A stretch of DNA of 64,000 bases from a virus: IMG/VR virus record IMGVR_UViG_3300021963_009201, positions 96,001-160,000 of that record. One strand, 5' to 3'. Both the position numbers and the translations under genes were made by a program. The notes below the pieces were generated by a model that saw nothing but the letters and a program-made list of their open reading frames with translations, was not told the DNA's origin and ran no database searches. Numbering within the stretch: the first letter of the stretch is position 1; every line of letters begins with the position of its first letter. Positions 59,449-64,000 of the stretch are shown in pieces.

Positions 59449-59479
59449 GTGGAGGGCTGAGACAGTCCCAACCCCCCAC
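59449..59479 (-). terminator. 14-bp hairpin followed by a T-rich tract
   Basis: GTGGGGGGTTGGGA-CTG-TCTCAGCCCTCCAC then ATTTCTCTTTTT. Confidence 0.55.
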
Positions 59480-59483
59480 TTTA

Positions 59484-59936
59484 TCACTTAGGCTGACGAA
59501 TCCACTCAACCTTAGACGGATCTAACGTGACGACCTTGCCGTTACGCAGACGAAACGCGACACCATCAAAGTTGATGATATGCGGCTCATACAAGTTCCC
59601 ATGATAATAGAGAACAGGACCATCATCATCACTGTCAGGATCAACAGTGACAACATCAGCAGCAGGAGCAGGAGGAGGTGTAGATCCATGATCAGAACAC
59701 GTCCAACGCTTACCTTGGCCCTTAGGCTGCAACATGAAGTTCCGGCAAGAAGTCTTGGCACAAAAAACCTTCAACATGCCAACAGGAACAACAGGGGAAA
59801 GAATATCCGGAGTGGCTACCGGAGGAACAGACTTGGAGGATGCGACCAAACGTTCAGCCGCAACCAACATGCCTTTGCTGATCAACTCAGCACGAAACTG
59901 CTCAATGGACTTGGACATAATGACCTCCCTGGTCAC
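59484..59936 (-). CDS. hypothetical protein with Zn ribbon
   Basis: CAKTSC..WTCSDH; GGAGG RBS. Confidence 0.6.
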   Translation of the reverse strand: MTREVIMSKSIEQFRAELISKGMLVAAERLVASSKSVPPVATPDILSPVVPVGMLKVFCAKTSCRNFMLQPKGQGKRWTCSDHGSTPPPAPAADVVTVDPDSDDDGPVLYYHGNLYEPHIINFDGVAFRLRNGKVVTLDPSKVEWIRQPK

Positions 59937-60090
59937 AGAGGGACTCGACTTTCGAATCCCCCAACTTTATAAAACTGTTCAAACCTACGACTCTTTCCAT
60001 CGAAGGCTTTAGAAGTGAAGGCTTTGTCTTTCACCTCGCAGAGGCAGCGCCCGAGCTGAAAAGGTGCGAAAGCACCGGAGCAGGGCGCCT

Positions 60091-60510
60091 TTAGAAGGCA
60101 TGGAGATCACATCGGCAACGATCGCCGTAATGATCACGACGCTCCTCCAGCTTGAGTTGCCAGTAACGAGTGATCTGGTCTGGAGTCATGCCGGAATCAA
60201 CCTGGTCAGAGATGTCTGCCAAGATCTTCGCATGACATGCACCAGAGCCATCTGGGTTGACACACCAGCACTTGAGGGTCTTACCGACAAGCGCGCCTGC
60301 AAACAACTGTCGACGCAACTCTTCGGCACGGTCATCTACACCATTGATGAGCCAATCAGTGTAGTGGAAGACAGCCTCCTTGGCCGAAGGAAGGTTCTTG
60401 TGGACACCTTTCCCCCAGCTCAAGTTGGACCAGTCATTGCCCCATGCAGTGGGACGACCAACATTGACTCCGTTGGTTGGGTTTGAGTATTTCATGTTGA
60501 CAACTCTCAT
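60091..60510 (-). CDS. DUF4326 family protein
   Basis: VNVGRPTAWGN..L.GKTLKCWC..GACHAKIL. Confidence 0.85.
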   Translation of the reverse strand: MRVVNMKYSNPTNGVNVGRPTAWGNDWSNLSWGKGVHKNLPSAKEAVFHYTDWLINGVDDRAEELRRQLFAGALVGKTLKCWCVNPDGSGACHAKILADISDQVDSGMTPDQITRYWQLKLEERRDHYGDRCRCDLHAF

Positions 60511-61070
60511 GAGTTTGCCTCCTTAATCTCGTTGAATCCAGACATACCCTTCTTGGACACAGTCCAGAGGTTGATTGCCCAGCGTTCTTCACTTGCGCGC
60601 GAAACCGAATGAGGATTCTTGGCATTGAAGAGGAATACTTCACCACCAGTCAGATGATAAATCTCCTGTTCGGCATTATCATTCTGATTTGGTGTCCATT
60701 TGTACTCTGGGTAGCAATTGCGGTAAGTCCACGTGCACTCACCAAGATTGATGCCCATTGACAGGAAGTTGCAGTAGAAAGCGTCACGATGCTCTCTGAT
60801 GACACCTGCCTTGGATACTAAGCCGATGTCTGGTATGAATCCGTGCTTTTCGCCAATTCTCGTGACGTAGGACCAGATTCTGTCATCCTTGATAGCGGGT
60901 TTCCATGGTTGAGACATGGAAAGTGGTGCTTCGTACTGCAGCCATGCGCGCATACGGGAATCAGCGTATGAGCTCACGTCTGTAGTGAGTTGTGGCTCGA
61001 TAACCTCGTTGAGGTGATCGTTGATGCTTTTCACGATCTCTGGTGAGATCATCTGTACTATCCTGAACAT
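60507..61070 (-). CDS. 2OG-Fe(II) oxygenase-like (AlkB-like) protein
   Basis: IREHRD..NPHSV..RWAINLW (HxD...H...R); start trimmed to MFRIV with AGGAGG RBS. Confidence 0.7.
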   Translation of the reverse strand: MFRIVQMISPEIVKSINDHLNEVIEPQLTTDVSSYADSRMRAWLQYEAPLSMSQPWKPAIKDDRIWSYVTRIGEKHGFIPDIGLVSKAGVIREHRDAFYCNFLSMGINLGECTWTYRNCYPEYKWTPNQNDNAEQEIYHLTGGEVFLFNAKNPHSVSRASEERWAINLWTVSKKGMSGFNEIKEANS

Positions 61071-61071
61071 G

Positions 61072-61596
61072 TCAGGCCTCCTTCTGGTTGAGGATCTTGT
61101 ATGGCTTACCTGAGTCCTGCACCAATTTGATGCAGTTTCTGGTTCCTGGTGATGATGCATCCCAAATGAGGAACGCATTGGCCGTAAAGACCATGAATTC
61201 ATTCCTAATGAAGTTGACATGCTTACCGTCTCGGTAAAGACCTTGCATGCCGGGTGTGACCTTGTCCACGTACGTGACGTACTTGGCTGCCTCTACCATC
61301 TCGTTAAACTTGGAGAGACGATCCTGTCCAGTAGCGGACTTTTGGCCCCAGTAGTATGAGCCATAGCCTTTGTTTGGGATTGCGCAGTGCAATGGAATCT
61401 CAAGGTCCAGTGCAACTGTTGCCAGAAGATTATCGAAACCTTCAGCCATGCCGGACATGATGACAAGATCTTCGCCATACTTAACGCGAAGACGGATCAG
61501 TTCTGCAGCGACAATCGAGTATGCCGTCTTTTTGTCGTCAATGCTTGCAGTTTGCAAGGATCGAGGACCTGTTCCTGCTACAATGAAGCTCATCAT
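61072..61596 (-). CDS. SLOG-superfamily protein (YspA/DUF1273-like)
   Basis: VAGTGPR, SGMAEGFD..A..A, RNEFMV, WD..S.GT.NC. Confidence 0.85.
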   Translation of the reverse strand: MMSFIVAGTGPRSLQTASIDDKKTAYSIVAAELIRLRVKYGEDLVIMSGMAEGFDNLLATVALDLEIPLHCAIPNKGYGSYYWGQKSATGQDRLSKFNEMVEAAKYVTYVDKVTPGMQGLYRDGKHVNFIRNEFMVFTANAFLIWDASSPGTRNCIKLVQDSGKPYKILNQKEA

Positions 61597-61656
61597 TCCT
61601 CCTAGAATGATAGTTTGGTTAGGGTGGACAGTTTAGTGACATGTCCAGGTCAGGTG

Positions 61657-64000
61657 TTACGAACGGCAGCGTTTGCAGACGCGACCACTTGCCCGGAATG
61701 CTTCCTTCTGTTCCTGCTTTGCCACGTAGTAGCTGGTGTTGCAGGAGACACAGGTGAGATTCCAGGTCCTGATGTCGTGGTAAACGTGGTGTGCATTTCC
61801 ATCGTCATCGATCGTCAGATCGGCAGCGATGTAGCCATAGTTGGCCAATGCATCCATCAGGTACCGGAACGGACCCACGTCACCGCCATCGGTATCGACC
61901 TGAGAGGTGATGACGAAGTTGTCGTTCACCTTGCCAGTCGACTTCAATGGCATGTCTTGGGCAGCCACGTACAGGGCGAGGAGCAGGAGATCTCGCTCAT
62001 CACCCTCACGCTGAAGGATTCCGGGGACAAGAAGCTTTTCATCTACTTCACCCTTCTTGTGCCAGAGTCCCTCTTTGATACCTGAACGGATACGGACCCA
62101 GGCCTCCGATGAGAGACCTTTGATCATCTCAGGCGGATTACCTTGACCCTTCCAATCATTCAGGGCTTGCTGGTGCTCTTCTTCCTTCCGAGCATTCTCT
62201 GCTGGAATCTGGGAACGGAAGTTCAGGACCAACTTTCTGGCATCGGCCATGATAGGACTACCATTGGGGAACAGTGCCCTGATGGATTCATCCACCAGAC
62301 CGTGGTTCTCCTGAGCGAAGATATTGATCTTACGATCGTACTTCACGATGGCATCCGTCATGGTCTTTGTCATGAGGGACAGCTTGTCATTGTCCACAAA
62401 GTTGACTCGATGACCCGGATTGTCCGACAGGAACTCCTTGAGCACCTTCTCGAACCCGAAAGCGCGAGTGGTATTCCAGTAGGCCTTGGAAATCGGACGA
62501 CCAGATGCGAGGACTTCACGGACAAGATTGGCCGAGTAGTTCAACACGAACTGGACATCATCCGGATCGGACGAATCTACCACATCGGACAGCATGCCCG
62601 GCATGGTAGATGGAAGGGTCTTGAACACCCAGCGATACAGGAATAAGCTGTTGATGTATGCACCGAGCGCAGCATTCTGCCCTGACAGTCCGCGGATCTG
62701 CTCTATGACATGGTCACGAGTCAGAGCCTGGATTTCAGTTTTGGCTGGCTTGCCCTGGCTGGGGAGCCCAGTGAAGGTGACGAGACCCTCACGGATGAGC
62801 TGACCCAGTGGCTTGGGCATCCGATCCAGGTCCGACTTGGCAGACATCTGGAACGCGAACGTTTCAGTGCCCTTCGAGTCGACGTGGCGGATTCCCTTGG
62901 CGCTCGTACGAAACATAGCATACGAGTCCATAGGCATACGCCATGCCAGGATCCGGTGGTTATTGCGCGAATCACGCACGGACATCACGGTGAAGTGATC
63001 ATCACCATCATGACCGCCAAAATCGACCGAATGATCAATCCAGTCGGAATCGCACAGGAACCACACATCGGCCCCAGGATGATACTCGATGAAGCCCTTC
63101 TTGGGGGTCTCCACCTTGTATCCCGCCAGGCGCAGCATCGAGACTGACTTAACAGTCTTGAAGTGAGCGTTTGGCAGAGGGAACCGAGGATGGCCATTGT
63201 TGTCGACCATGTTGGTACGATGGTTTATTGCCACCGAGGTAAGCATGGACGGAGAGGTACGGTAGTCGAAACCACGCGAAGCAGCTTCAACTACAGAGTA
63301 CCTGTTAAGCACCGTGTTTCCAGGAATGCCAAGATCCTTCATCTGTTTCCAAAGGAAGGATTCAACATCCGTGAAACGTTCGGTGAGTTCACCATTGATG
63401 ACCTGCTGGTAGGCATTCTCCAGATGGTCATTGAGTGACTTACTCAGCATGTCCTGAGTGAACAGCTGGGTAGTACCGTTGGTGACGGCATGGAACCACG
63501 CGAGGGCCTGGATGTTGCTGTAGGCCTCGTTCTTCCCACCATCAGGTTCGGCGATGATGAACCTCTTACCACCGTCAGTAACCTTGATGGCTGACTTGAC
63601 ATTGGCACGAGAGGTGTACACCATCACACCACCAGGGAGTTCACCACGAGCACGAATTGCATTGCCCTTGATAAATCCCTGCTCAGTCCACAGACGCACG
63701 TTCATCTCACGCACTCTGTTGACCTTGCGCTTGCGACGATCTGTCTTGAAGGGATCTTTGTTCCCATCGACAGACTGCACGAGCATGTCCCAGATGTCCC
63801 TAGACAGCACAAACATGCCATCAAGAATCATCTCGACTTCATCATCCGAGTAGGACGACAGGTCTTCATGCGAGAATGCCCGTACCTCATCTCCTTCGAG
63901 GATACGAACAGTGATGTCCATATCATCAGGAAGAGGGAGGCCGCAGGTGGTCGGACGGTAAGCTTGCTTCTCGTACTTACCGTGGTTCTTGCCATCTGTG
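61657..64000 (-). CDS. candidate single-chain two-barrel RNA polymerase (YonO/RdRP-like), 5' end beyond the window
   Basis: LDGMFVLS, R...GFIKG, YTS..NVK, FGGHDGDDHF, LGAYIN...SDVVD; frame stays open from 63921 to the window edge. Confidence 0.55.
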   Translation of the reverse strand, partial: TDGKNHGKYEKQAYRPTTCGLPLPDDMDITVRILEGDEVRAFSHEDLSSYSDDEVEMILDGMFVLSRDIWDMLVQSVDGNKDPFKTDRRKRKVNRVREMNVRLWTEQGFIKGNAIRARGELPGGVMVYTSRANVKSAIKVTDGGKRFIIAEPDGGKNEAYSNIQALAWFHAVTNGTTQLFTQDMLSKSLNDHLENAYQQVINGELTERFTDVESFLWKQMKDLGIPGNTVLNRYSVVEAASRGFDYRTSPSMLTSVAINHRTNMVDNNGHPRFPLPNAHFKTVKSVSMLRLAGYKVETPKKGFIEYHPGADVWFLCDSDWIDHSVDFGGHDGDDHFTVMSVRDSRNNHRILAWRMPMDSYAMFRTSAKGIRHVDSKGTETFAFQMSAKSDLDRMPKPLGQLIREGLVTFTGLPSQGKPAKTEIQALTRDHVIEQIRGLSGQNAALGAYINSLFLYRWVFKTLPSTMPGMLSDVVDSSDPDDVQFVLNYSANLVREVLASGRPISKAYWNTTRAFGFEKVLKEFLSDNPGHRVNFVDNDKLSLMTKTMTDAIVKYDRKINIFAQENHGLVDESIRALFPNGSPIMADARKLVLNFRSQIPAENARKEEEHQQALNDWKGQGNPPEMIKGLSSEAWVRIRSGIKEGLWHKKGEVDEKLLVPGILQREGDERDLLLLALYVAAQDMPLKSTGKVNDNFVITSQVDTDGGDVGPFRYLMDALANYGYIAADLTIDDDGNAHHVYHDIRTWNLTCVSCNTSYYVAKQEQKEAFRASGRVCKRCRS

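Noticed and set aside
60045-60090. Hammerhead-like CTGAAAA-GGTGC-GAAA-GCACC on the + strand
   Set aside because: Two core positions deviate (CTGANGA and the downstream GAAA), and it lies antisense to local transcription.
9857-63853. Many + strand ORFs antisense to the - strand genes
   Set aside because: They are shadows of well-supported genes with no RBS or recognisable motifs.
1-64000. Stop-codon reassignment
   Set aside because: Recognisable genes are full length under the standard bacterial code and end in TAA, TAG or TGA; no suppressor tRNA was found.

Overview
This window is part of a large tailed dsDNA phage genome. The host is most likely an actinobacterium (two WhiB genes, an Rpf lysozyme domain, a DUF732-type lipoprotein, a tmRNA with an acidic ALV-ending tag). 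Bases 1-8980 are mostly + strand: the 3' part of DNA polymerase III alpha (DnaE), two PD-(D/E)XK nucleases, a sigma70-type factor, then GC-richer late genes (collagen-like fibre, glycine-rich protein, amidase endolysin, membrane protein). Three of these late genes are preceded by the same ATTACTAATA motif. From about 8977 to the end almost everything is on the - strand: nucleotide and DNA metabolism and repair genes, 10 dispersed tRNAs, a tmRNA and many small hypothetical genes. The standout feature is an apparently complete prokaryotic ubiquitin-like conjugation toolkit: a contiguous Ubl-E1(ThiF)-Zn finger-JAB-E2 cluster at 24831-29279, two more E2-like paralogues at 16343-18072, a two-domain AAA+ ATPase, and a second Ubl at 34335-34604 with a di-Gly masked by a 10-aa tail. 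After an AT-rich boundary near 52.5 kb, a GC-richer, early-type region holds repeated G/C hairpins, a structured RNA candidate, SLOG/DUF4326/2OG-oxygenase genes and a 5'-truncated candidate single-chain two-barrel RNA polymerase (YonO/RdRP-like) with a variant catalytic motif. All family calls come from visual motif recognition; no database searches were run. No CRISPR array, integrase or transposase was recognised.
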